DNA of 64,000 nucleotides from a virus: IMG/VR virus record IMGVR_UViG_3300037258_000161, positions 32,001 to 96,000 of that record; one strand, 5' to 3'. Shown piece by piece: positions 56,784 to 64,000 of this stretch (position 1 is its first letter; each line of letters starts with the position of its first letter). The notes under the pieces were generated by a model. It saw only the letters and a program-made list of their open reading frames with translations, ran no database searches and was not told where the DNA came from. The position numbers and the translations under genes were made by a program.

Positions 56784-57200
56784 ATGGCGAAGGATCACAT
56801 GACCGCCGTCCGGTTCGACACCGCGACGATTGAGGCCGTCAAGCTGGCAGCCGAGGCGCGCGGCGGTTCGGTCAGCGACTGGATCCGCGATGCCGTTCAG
56901 CGGGAAGTGGACCGCCGTGGCAGTAGCCCGACGAGCACCAGCGCCGTGCCGCCCGCACTGCGCCCGGACGACTGCGTGTCGATGGCGCTCACCATCGGGC
57001 CGGGCGACTCCTGGCACATCGTGGTGAAGACGGGCCAGCGGGCTGGCCGCTGGTGCTGCGAGGAAGGTCACGGCTCGCCCGAGGATGCCTCGGCACATGG
57101 TGCACTACTGGCCATCCAGGCGCTGAGCGCGTGGGCGCGAAGCCTGCAGCCCCCCGCCATCGGCGCCCTGATTCTCAGAGGCGAGAGCACTGCAGCATGA
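56784..57200 (+). CDS. RHH-domain protein
   Basis: TAVRFD...AAEARGGSVSDWIRDAV; TACGCT-N7-ATG. Confidence 0.7.
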   Translation: MAKDHMTAVRFDTATIEAVKLAAEARGGSVSDWIRDAVQREVDRRGSSPTSTSAVPPALRPDDCVSMALTIGPGDSWHIVVKTGQRAGRWCCEEGHGSPEDASAHGALLAIQALSAWARSLQPPAIGALILRGESTAA

Positions 57201-57385
57201 ACGCGCTCCCGTGGCTTATCGCCGGCGCTGGCATAGGGAGCACCTTCGGATGTGGCCTCGGCTGGTGGTTCGCGCAGAGGGAGCGGACGCGACTGGAGGG
57301 AATCCTCGCGGAGTGGCGCCAAGGGAAGCGCGTGGCGGTGATCGTGCAGGGCTCTTATGCAGAGGCCACGAAGGTAGATGCCTGA
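57197..57385 (+). CDS. Small membrane protein
   Basis: MNALPWLIAGAGIG; overlap chain. Confidence 0.5.
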   Translation: MNALPWLIAGAGIGSTFGCGLGWWFAQRERTRLEGILAEWRQGKRVAVIVQGSYAEATKVDA

Positions 57386-57627
57386 TGACCGAGCCCATCG
57401 TGACCGCCGAGATCTGCCTCGGCCGCATCAGCGACAAGAGGACCCGTGACGTGCTGCGCCAGGCCTGCCATGAAGCGGGGTACTCCCCGGTGTGGATCAG
57501 GAACCGTGCCGGGAAGATCCTGGGGGCCATCGTGACCGAGGACCAGGCGCGCGATGTGGCGTGGCGGGAGATGGTAGCGCTCGGGGACCAACTGCAAGGA
57601 GGTGGCACCGTGGAAGGCGACGACTGA
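57385..57627 (+). CDS. Hypothetical protein, weakly Phd-like
   Basis: PVWIRNRAGKILGAIV; TGATG overlap. Confidence 0.5.
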   Translation: MTEPIVTAEICLGRISDKRTRDVLRQACHEAGYSPVWIRNRAGKILGAIVTEDQARDVAWREMVALGDQLQGGGTVEGDD

Positions 57628-57806
57628 TGGCGCTCCTCCGTCACGCTGACCACGACCCGGAGATCGTCTGCCGACCGGCCGGGAATGGCCTGTGCGAGCC
57701 GATGGACGAGGACAGGGCACGCAGGCTGAGGCAACTGCTCGACGAACTGGCACCGGGCTGGCGGGAGAGGGCCGTTGCTCACCTGCCCCCGCTCGAACCC
57801 CGCTAG
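57627..57806 (+). CDS. Hypothetical protein
   Basis: TGATG overlap; followed by hairpin. Confidence 0.45.
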   Translation: MALLRHADHDPEIVCRPAGNGLCEPMDEDRARRLRQLLDELAPGWRERAVAHLPPLEPR

Positions 57807-57825
57807 GCTCGTCCTGGCTATTCAC

Positions 57826-57864
57826 CAGAGGGTCCGGATCGCGATGAGGCGGCCGGGCCCTCTG
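57826..57864. terminator. Hairpin terminator
   Basis: CAGAGGGTCCGG ... CCGGGCCCTCTG. Confidence 0.55.
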
Positions 57865-57961
57865 TCGTGCCTGCTCACGACGTGGTTGTGGACGTCCTAA
57901 ACCATCTGGTAGTACCGTAGCAACGGTAGTAGCTGTACCAATAGGACCAAGGGGACAAGAC

Positions 57962-58306
57962 GTGACGGGTGATCTCAGCGCCGGCGAGCGTGTCCAGCGC
58001 GGCCTCCAGCGCCTCGCCGCCGGGTGCCCGCTCTGGTTCGGCAACCGCAACGCCCCGCCCGTCGAGCCCCTGTTCCTCGACTTCACCGACCCCGCCCACA
58101 GCCTCCTCGCCGCGATCTTCGGCAGCCACGAGATCGGCCTGCACCTCCTGAACATCGCCCCGGAGGAAGCGGTCAGCTACGGCTTCATGGCTGCAGACGA
58201 GGCTGACAACGCCGCCCTGCGGCGCCTGTGGGCCATGTGCGCCAGCTCAAGCCGCGCCGAGGCGGCCTCCACCGCCAGTACCAGCCCGCTCCGCCCGCCC
58301 TGCTGA
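57962..58306 (+). CDS. Hypothetical protein
   Basis: RBS AAGGGG; upstream promoter-like TGGACG-N18-TACCGT. Confidence 0.6.
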   Translation: MTGDLSAGERVQRGLQRLAAGCPLWFGNRNAPPVEPLFLDFTDPAHSLLAAIFGSHEIGLHLLNIAPEEAVSYGFMAADEADNAALRRLWAMCASSSRAEAASTASTSPLRPPC

Positions 58307-58318
58307 AAGGAACCGCAA

Positions 58319-58498
58319 ATGAAGCTCGCCGCAGTCAGACGAAGGAAGATCCTCGCCACCGTGTTCGCCGCCGCCCTCAGTGCGGGTATCGCGCCCGCCG
58401 TCCTGTCCGCCGCGCCAGCATCTGCTGGAGTCACGGCCACCTGCCCCGCCGGCCAGCACCTCGTCCACGGAGCCTGCGAGAACATGCACTACGAGTAA
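58319..58498 (+). CDS. 59-aa secreted pre-peptide
   Basis: Below ORF-track cutoff; RBS GAAAGGA; MKLAAVRRRKILATVFAAALSAGIAPAVLSAAPASA|GVTATCPAGQHLVHGACENMHYE. Confidence 0.8.
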   Translation: MKLAAVRRRKILATVFAAALSAGIAPAVLSAAPASAGVTATCPAGQHLVHGACENMHYE

Positions 58499-58544
58499 CC
58501 AGGACTGCGGCCAGCAGGTCCAACGTCCCCTGTATCGGCCGCGG

Positions 58545-58586
58545 AAGACCCCGGCAACCTTGCACACCAAGCGTTGCCGGGGTCTT
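58545..58586. terminator. Bidirectional terminator between peptide gene and Ro60
   Basis: AAGACCCCGGCAAC / GTTGCCGGGGTCTT, 14-bp stem. Confidence 0.75.
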
Positions 58587-58596
58587 TGCTTTGCGG

Positions 58597-60237
58597 TCAG
58601 CCGCCCGCGACCTGCTCCCACGGGTATGCGGCCCGCTTGCCCGCTTCCAGCAGCGGGACCATGCGGAATGCCTGGTCGGTCAGGCCGCCCATCGCGTGCC
58701 GGTTGCCGTGGCCAGCGGGAGCCGCGCCGTGCGAGTAGCCGGCGAAGTTCCACATGTAGACCGGGACGTGAGCGGGGATCAGTGAGTCCGTGAAGGTCTC
58801 GCCCATGCCGCCGTTGTAGAGCATGTTCGATGGCAGGTAGCCCGGCCTCGTCTGCTCGTCGGTGACGATCAGCACCCGGTCATGCCCGGCGTAATGCCGC
58901 TTGACGGCCGACGGGATGTCGGTGCCCGGGCTCTGGGTGAACTGCTCAGCGAGGCGCAGGACGCTGCCGCCCCTGGAGACAGGGATCTCCCGGCTCTGTC
59001 CCCCGAACTCGGCCAGCGTCGGGCTCTCCGCCCGCAGGGCGACGGCCGAGCCGAACAGTGCCGCCATCTCCGCCAGCGGGATGTCCGACTTGGAGGGCGT
59101 CGAGAACCCGTAGCCCGGGAACATCGACGGCGAGCGGTCCACGAGGATCAGCGTCCGCCCCGGCAGTGCGGGCACGCTGGCCAGCGATGCCGTGATGGCC
59201 TTGTCCAGCGCGTGGCCCCACCGCATCGAAGCGGTGTGCTTGTGCGCGGCCCAGAAGCGGAACGGGAACATCCGCGACTCCGCCACCGCGGCCGGGTCGC
59301 TGATCCGCGCCGACACCTGCCCGGCCACGTCGTCAGGAACGCCGGCCTGGTCGAAGTTCCGCAGGTTGCGCACCAGCGCGAAGATGCCCATCGACGGGAT
59401 GACCGCCTGCCACGCCGCCGCGTCCATCGGCCCGTTCAGCCACCCGGCCAGCGCCTCCCAGGTGATCCCCGCGTCCGCGAGCCTGCCGATGCCCTCCGGG
59501 TCACGGATGAACGCGTTGCGCTCGGCCTGCGGGATGGCCATAAGGGCGGCGTGGCGCCGGAGCATCCCCAGCGTCTCCGGGATCTCGTTGTCCCGGCCGT
59601 GCCTGCGGTCCAGCGCACACCCGAGCAGGTCGTAGCGCCACGTCCCCCGGATCTCCGGGTGATGGTAAGCCGGCGTGACCAGGTCGATCACGTCACCGAA
59701 CCGGACCGCCCGGCTGTCGCTGTCGTACTTGAGCAGTGACCGCTCGTCGTAGAGGCGGACAACGGCATCAGCGAGGCCGCGCTTGACCGAGATCGGGACC
59801 GGCTTGCCGTACTGGCCGAGCCAGTAGGCGAGCAGTTCCCCCGGCTCGTCGCCGCGCTGGAGCACGGAGGCGATAAGTGCCCGGCCGCCCGGCTCCTTCG
59901 CTTCCTGACGCGCCTTTACCGCCTCGGCCGCACCAATGAGCGGCGCGGTCCGCATGTTGGCGTCGGAACGCAGCCAGGACAGGAAGCTGGTCAGCCACGG
60001 CAGGTCTTCCACGGCGAGCTGGCGCACGAGCCGGGCGTAGCGCGAGTCGCGCTCCTTGCCGCTCTCATAGAAGGAATCCTCGGCACCCATGTTGGCGACG
60101 CCGAGCAGGAACAGTTCCGACTTGGCCTCGCGTGCGAAACCCGGCGCACCCTCATGCGTGGTACCTGACGGGATCGTCTCGCCACTGATCGGACTACGGC
60201 CCGGGGCCCGGACGGTTCCCTTGTTGAACTTGCTCAT
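58597..60237 (-). CDS. Ro60 / TROVE-domain RNA-binding protein with vWA domain
   Basis: THEGAPGF, QRGDEPGELLAYW, KRGLADA, ITWEAL, ALVRNLRN, MFPFRF, MIDAS DRSPS, IVTDEQ. Confidence 0.95.
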   Translation of the reverse strand: MSKFNKGTVRAPGRSPISGETIPSGTTHEGAPGFAREAKSELFLLGVANMGAEDSFYESGKERDSRYARLVRQLAVEDLPWLTSFLSWLRSDANMRTAPLIGAAEAVKARQEAKEPGGRALIASVLQRGDEPGELLAYWLGQYGKPVPISVKRGLADAVVRLYDERSLLKYDSDSRAVRFGDVIDLVTPAYHHPEIRGTWRYDLLGCALDRRHGRDNEIPETLGMLRRHAALMAIPQAERNAFIRDPEGIGRLADAGITWEALAGWLNGPMDAAAWQAVIPSMGIFALVRNLRNFDQAGVPDDVAGQVSARISDPAAVAESRMFPFRFWAAHKHTASMRWGHALDKAITASLASVPALPGRTLILVDRSPSMFPGYGFSTPSKSDIPLAEMAALFGSAVALRAESPTLAEFGGQSREIPVSRGGSVLRLAEQFTQSPGTDIPSAVKRHYAGHDRVLIVTDEQTRPGYLPSNMLYNGGMGETFTDSLIPAHVPVYMWNFAGYSHGAAPAGHGNRHAMGGLTDQAFRMVPLLEAGKRAAYPWEQVAGG

Positions 60238-60278
60238 CCTGCGACCCTCTATCACGGAGGGGAGGGAGTCTCACTTCA

Positions 60279-60360
60279 GACGGCGCGCCCGACAACGGGA
60301 CGGCCGGAGGTGTTTTCACCGAAAGAAGTAACCCCTGGCCTGCACTTCGGGCGCGACGTC
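60279..60360 (-). ncRNA. Y-RNA-like hairpin 1
   Basis: CCCGAAGTGCAGGCCAGGGGTTACTTC...CCGTTGTCGGG; 14-bp terminal stem with one mismatch; adjacent to Ro60. Confidence 0.7.
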
Positions 60361-60371
60361 ATGAAGTTGTT

Positions 60372-60449
60372 CCCTCCCGATAACGGATCGGCGGCGGCAT
60401 GGTCTTCTAGCAGGAAGTAGCCGTCACCAGCACTTCGGGAGAGGTGCTG
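60372..60449 (-). ncRNA. Y-RNA-like hairpin 2
   Basis: CCCGAAGTGCTGGTGACGGCTACTTC...CCGTTATCGGG; -10 TAGGTT at 60456-60461. Confidence 0.7.
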
Positions 60450-60488
60450 AATCAGAACCTAGCCGATGACCGCGCATGATGCACGTTG

Positions 60489-60752
60489 TTACTGTCCGTC
60501 ATCCGCCCAGTCCTCCCGCTGCCTGACTCTCGTGCCGATAGTTGCCGCCGTCTGGACGTGCCCGGAGTCCCGCAGGATCTCCAGTGCCCTGCGCACTGTC
60601 CCCCGGCTGACCCCCCATTCGGCAGCCATGTCCTTCTCGCCGGGCAGCACGTCACCAGGCCGCAGTTCCCCCGCCTCGACCTGCGCCCGCACCGCTCTTG
60701 CGAGCTGAACATACAAGGGCACCCCAGCCCACTTATCCAATCTGCGCACCAT
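60489..60752 (-). CDS. GntR-family HTH regulator
   Basis: PLYVQLA...GELRPGDVLPGE...WGVSRGTVRRAL; TACCGT-N6-ATG. Confidence 0.9.
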   Translation of the reverse strand: MVRRLDKWAGVPLYVQLARAVRAQVEAGELRPGDVLPGEKDMAAEWGVSRGTVRRALEILRDSGHVQTAATIGTRVRQREDWADDGQ

Positions 60753-60815
60753 ACCCAGACGGTACGCCTGCGCCTTCTTGTCCAGTCCCATGAGGCTCAG
60801 CAGTAACAGGCGGAC

Positions 60816-61214
60816 ATGCCGGACTTACCGATAGTGCTGGACATGATGGACCAGCGGGACAATCATTGGGCTGAAGCGGTCGCGGCACGGGGGGAACCCC
60901 CGCACCAACCGTCTTGCGCACCAGGACGGGTCCCTGACGGTGTATGGCCCTCCGTGCCGCGACCGCCCGGCAGCGAGGGGGGAGACCCTGTGATTACCGG
61001 AGAGGCTTACGCCGGGTCAGTGGTGAGCCCGGCAGAGCGTGCCATGCGGTCCGAATGCGCCGCGTTGATGAGAGAGTTCCCCGGCTGCACGATCAGGTGG
61101 ACGAGCATGCGGGGCTACCGGGTGGACCGGGAAGGCCGCGAGCCGCTGTTCTGCGAGTCCCGTACCGCCGTCCTGTGCCACCTCGTGCAGGACCGGCAGC
61201 GGCCAGACTTGTGA
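60816..61214 (+). CDS. Hypothetical protein (start uncertain)
   Basis: Divergent from GntR; LMREFPG..IRW. Confidence 0.45.
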   Translation: MPDLPIVLDMMDQRDNHWAEAVAARGEPPHQPSCAPGRVPDGVWPSVPRPPGSEGGDPVITGEAYAGSVVSPAERAMRSECAALMREFPGCTIRWTSMRGYRVDREGREPLFCESRTAVLCHLVQDRQRPDL

Positions 61215-61465
61215 GCGGCAACGGCTTCGTCTACGGCACGGCGGTGTACCGTTCCGCCCGGCCCGGCGAGATCGAGGTCACCCGCGACGGCGACGAGTAC
61301 GGCGAGCGGTTCCAGGGACCTGCCGCGGGGCCTCCCAGGCGCATCCACCTGGCGCCGACGCCGTGGCGGGTCGTGCCCGATGCCGACTGGGACCAGGACG
61401 AAACGGGGGCGTGGTGGATACGCGTGGAGCAGGACGAGGATCCGGCGGCGGTATTTCCCGGCTGA
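61211..61465 (+). CDS. Hypothetical protein
   Basis: GTGA overlap; MSGNGFVYG...GAWWIRVE. Confidence 0.55.
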   Translation: MSGNGFVYGTAVYRSARPGEIEVTRDGDEYGERFQGPAAGPPRRIHLAPTPWRVVPDADWDQDETGAWWIRVEQDEDPAAVFPG

Positions 61466-61899
61466 CCCCCCGGGCCGGGGGCTTGCTTCCCGCACGTAAG
61501 CGGCTAAGTTGACTTTTCTGTGAACCGATGTCATCTTCCGGACGTCATCGGGTACAGGAGAACGGTGCCCCGCATCACGCAGGGCAGGGGCACCTGGCGC
61601 ATCAGGGGGAGTGAACGCCGCAGCGGCGCGGCCGGCTCCGAGTCTGCGCAGGCGAGGAGTGCGGGTCGCGCCGCTGCGGCCTGCCCTTGACTATCGCTAA
61701 CTTAAAGTGAGTGCTGTCTCACTATTGGACACCGGGCCGCGTAAAGTCCGCGTATTGACGCTGCCATGAGCCTGTTACGTTAAGTCGCCGCCCCGTCACG
61801 TTCGGTGCCGTATGATCATCTGGACTTCTCAGCCGCCTCTGAGGGAGCTGGGACGCCTGCGCGCATCACCTGGGTACTTTCGACACGGGGGTCGATCTG

Positions 61900-62304
61900 A
61901 TGCTGCGCCATGTCCGCACGACCAGGTTCCGCTTTCCCTGGTGGCTGCCCGCCCTCGCCGCCATTCCCCTCATCGTGGCGCTGGTGCTGCTCTCGGCCGG
62001 GACCGAGTACCTCGAGGACTGGCGCATCCTCGTCACCGCAGGCGTGCTGTTCGCCGTCCTGGCATCGCTCCCGGTGCTGCGCCGGCTGGCCTGTGACGCC
62101 AGCAGGCACCGGAGGCATCACCGCAGGATGGACCGCCAGCACGCGTTTATGGCAGCCCTCACGCGGTTCACGTTCACCGACGAGGGCCAGGACGTCCCGC
62201 CCGCGCTGGCCGATGAGAGGGAGCAGCAGCCAGGGGTGGCAGTCTTCAGGCCCCGCCCCGCCGCTCCGCGTCACCGGGCTCAGTCGCGCCGGCATAACGC
62301 CTGA
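61900..62304 (+). CDS. Two-pass membrane protein
   Basis: Two hydrophobic segments; RBS GGGGG. Confidence 0.6.
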   Translation: MLRHVRTTRFRFPWWLPALAAIPLIVALVLLSAGTEYLEDWRILVTAGVLFAVLASLPVLRRLACDASRHRRHHRRMDRQHAFMAALTRFTFTDEGQDVPPALADEREQQPGVAVFRPRPAAPRHRAQSRRHNA

Positions 62305-62698
62305 CCGCCCGCCGCAATGCCTCGGGCACGTCGCTGATACCCAGCTCGTTGAGCATCTCCCGGGCCTGCTCGCGGTGACGGCGGATCGCTGCCGCCTTCT
62401 CGTCATCAGGGAGGTCGGCACCCATAATCGCCTGCTCGAAGGCGTCCTGGGGCGCATCCTCGCCGGCATCCTCGGCAGCGAGGGCCAGCACGTGCTCTAG
62501 CGGCCAGTCGAGCCCCTTGGCGATCGCGGCCAGCGTGAGGTCGCGGATGTTGCTGACCGTGCCGCGGCGGATGAGGACCATCTGCTCTACCGATGGGCCG
62601 CCCCGGGCCGTCACGTCAGCCCACCGCAGGCCCAGCTCAAGCCGCCGTGCGTTCATCGCCTCCGCGAGTTTCACGTAGGTCTTGGGCTTACCGGGCAC
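62246..62698 (-). CDS. CI-like immunity repressor (XRE)
   Basis: RRLELGLRWADV..RGGPS...IRRG...TLAAIAKGLDW. Confidence 0.8.
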   Translation of the reverse strand: MPGKPKTYVKLAEAMNARRLELGLRWADVTARGGPSVEQMVLIRRGTVSNIRDLTLAAIAKGLDWPLEHVLALAAEDAGEDAPQDAFEQAIMGADLPDDEKAAAIRRHREQAREMLNELGISDVPEALRRAVRRYAGATEPGDAERRGGA

Positions 62699-62718
62699 GC
62701 GTCGCCTCCCCGTAGCTG

Positions 62719-62861
62719 CTGGTAATTACCAGAGACTACAAGCACGCTGCCGATCTTTCCTAGTCTGACGCTCCGCGTCCTCAATCTGTAGTTACGCCCA
62801 GACACGCGCATTTACAGGTAAGCGTTTGCAAGCACTGGTAATTACTAGTACCGTGTCCTGC
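62719..62861. promoter_or_regulatory. Lysis-lysogeny switch with palindromic operators
   Basis: CTGGTAATTACCAG (62719-62732); CTGGTAATTACTAG (62835-62848) inside TTGCAA-N17-TACCGT. Confidence 0.8.
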
Positions 62862-63107
62862 ATGGCTAGACCGAGGTACCCGGAACTCAACCGCCAGTTG
62901 CTGGAACGCGAGCGGCGCCGGCAGGGCCTGACCCTCGCCGACCTTGCCCGCAGGTGCCACGAGCGCGGTGACAAGAACGTCGACGAGACCGCACTGTCCC
63001 GCTATGAGCGCGGCGAAGTGCGGCCCGGCCCGAACCGGCTCCTCATCCTCGCTCAGGCACTCGGTGTCACCGTGGACGACCTGCTGGCGGAAGAGATCGC
63101 AGCATGA
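62862..63107 (+). CDS. Cro-like XRE HTH protein
   Basis: RRRQGLTLADLA...LSRYERGEVRP...LAQALGV. Confidence 0.85.
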   Translation: MARPRYPELNRQLLERERRRQGLTLADLARRCHERGDKNVDETALSRYERGEVRPGPNRLLILAQALGVTVDDLLAEEIAA

Positions 63108-63298
63108 GGCCCCAGGGAGTGCGCGTCCTGCGCAAGGACCGGCGCCGTGCCATGCGTGGCGTGCCCACCGGACGACGGGCCACGCACTACGTCAAGGCGG
63201 AGCGCCCACGTCAGCGTCAGCACGACATGCACGTCCGCATCTGGCGCTTCGTCCAGATCAACGACCGCCGCTGGGCAGAGCAGGACGTGGCCGCATGA
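63104..63298 (+). CDS. Small basic protein
   Basis: ATGA chain. Confidence 0.5.
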   Translation: MRPQGVRVLRKDRRRAMRGVPTGRRATHYVKAERPRQRQHDMHVRIWRFVQINDRRWAEQDVAA

Positions 63299-63504
63299 CC
63301 GGCGCCCAGCACTACCAGGAAGCCGAGCGGCTGCTGCTTGAGGCCAACCATGTTGGCCACACGGACCCGGAACGGTCCGACCGCTACGTCACCGCCGCCC
63401 AGGTCCACGCCACGCTGGCGGTCGCATTCACGACGGCAATGGCTCCCGCCTACCCCGCCGAGATGGACTCAGCCTGGATCAAGATGGCCGGCGGTCCCGC
63501 ATGA
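63295..63504 (+). CDS. Conserved-looking actinophage small protein
   Basis: MTGAQHYQEAERLL...AQVHATLA. Confidence 0.7.
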   Translation: MTGAQHYQEAERLLLEANHVGHTDPERSDRYVTAAQVHATLAVAFTTAMAPAYPAEMDSAWIKMAGGPA

Positions 63505-63665
63505 GTCTCGCCGACGCGATCCGCGATCTGGACAAGAACCCGCCGCCTCCCCTGTCCATCGAACGTCACCCGGTCGCCCTGCGCGCACTGGGCGAGGGAC
63601 TCGACTGGATCGAGGAGCAGCGGCAGAAGCAGCACCAGGGAGAGGCGGCCAGTCCGGCCGCGTAA
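63501..63665 (+). CDS. Hypothetical protein
   Basis: MSLADAIRDLDKNPPPP...; ATGA chain. Confidence 0.5.
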   Translation: MSLADAIRDLDKNPPPPLSIERHPVALRALGEGLDWIEEQRQKQHQGEAASPAA

Positions 63666-63744
63666 ACGCCAGCGGGCCCCGGTCGTGACCCGGGACCCGC
63701 AGAAGGCAAGCACTGCACAGATTACCAGAAAGAGGGCAAGCACA

Positions 63745-63999
63745 GTGACCACGATCATCACGCCGCCAGTGGCAGTAGCCCTGGACGCCGGCGAGCTCGG
63801 CCTCAGGGCCGAGCTGGACGCCATCGAGAGCGCACCACCAGCGCCGACCAAGCGTCAGTTGGTCTTCATCAGGAACTTCCCCAAACGGCTACTTGCCGGC
63901 GCGGTCGTTGACCTGGATGGGCCGAGGCCAGTAGATGACGCCCCGTGCTGGACGTGGGCATCGACAGTCATGCCAAACGGCTACGGCCGGATCGGCCGG
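63745..63999 (+). CDS. Probable HNH endonuclease, N-terminal part
   Basis: Hand-translated; CWTW...NGYGRI; runs off the window. Confidence 0.65.
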   Translation, partial: MTTIITPPVAVALDAGELGLRAELDAIESAPPAPTKRQLVFIRNFPKRLLAGAVVDLDGPRPVDDAPCWTWASTVMPNGYGRIGR

Positions 64000-64000
64000 G

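Noticed and set aside
60279-60449. tRNA genes
   Set aside because: No cloverleaf, T-loop GTTCRA or CCA end; both are single long hairpins
1-64000. Integrase, attP, holin and canonical endolysin
   Set aside because: None recognised; they may lie outside the window, so their absence is only weak evidence for a plasmid lifestyle

Overview
High-GC actinomycete temperate siphophage (or phage-plasmid) fragment; domain names below come from motif recognition and need HMM confirmation. 1-27.7 kb (- strand) is an apparently complete virion operon: HNH, terS, terL, portal, MuF-like, scaffold, capsid, head-tail, major tail, frameshifted chaperones, tape measure, minor tails and three paralogous tail fibres, interrupted by homing endonucleases and antisense DUF6221 cassettes. 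28-32.5 kb is a + strand accessory block with a DUF3631-like ATPase. 32.7-37.4 kb holds a degenerate GH25, a packaging-type HNH, decoration-like genes and a late regulator. 37.5-50.7 kb is a long leftward gene run with a Streptomyces-type TraB/Spd-like DNA-transfer module, a tnpB element and a divergent GntR (kor-like) gene. 53-54 kb has a rep-like gene followed by three phased palindromic iterons. 58-60.5 kb encodes a small secreted peptide and Ro60 (TROVE) preceded by two Y-RNA-like hairpins. 62-64 kb is a cI/cro-type switch. No integrase is visible. Best novelty candidates: a phage that may also spread by conjugation, a phage Ro60 with minimal Y RNAs, a possible signalling peptide, and a protein that begins with a copy of the capsid N-terminus.
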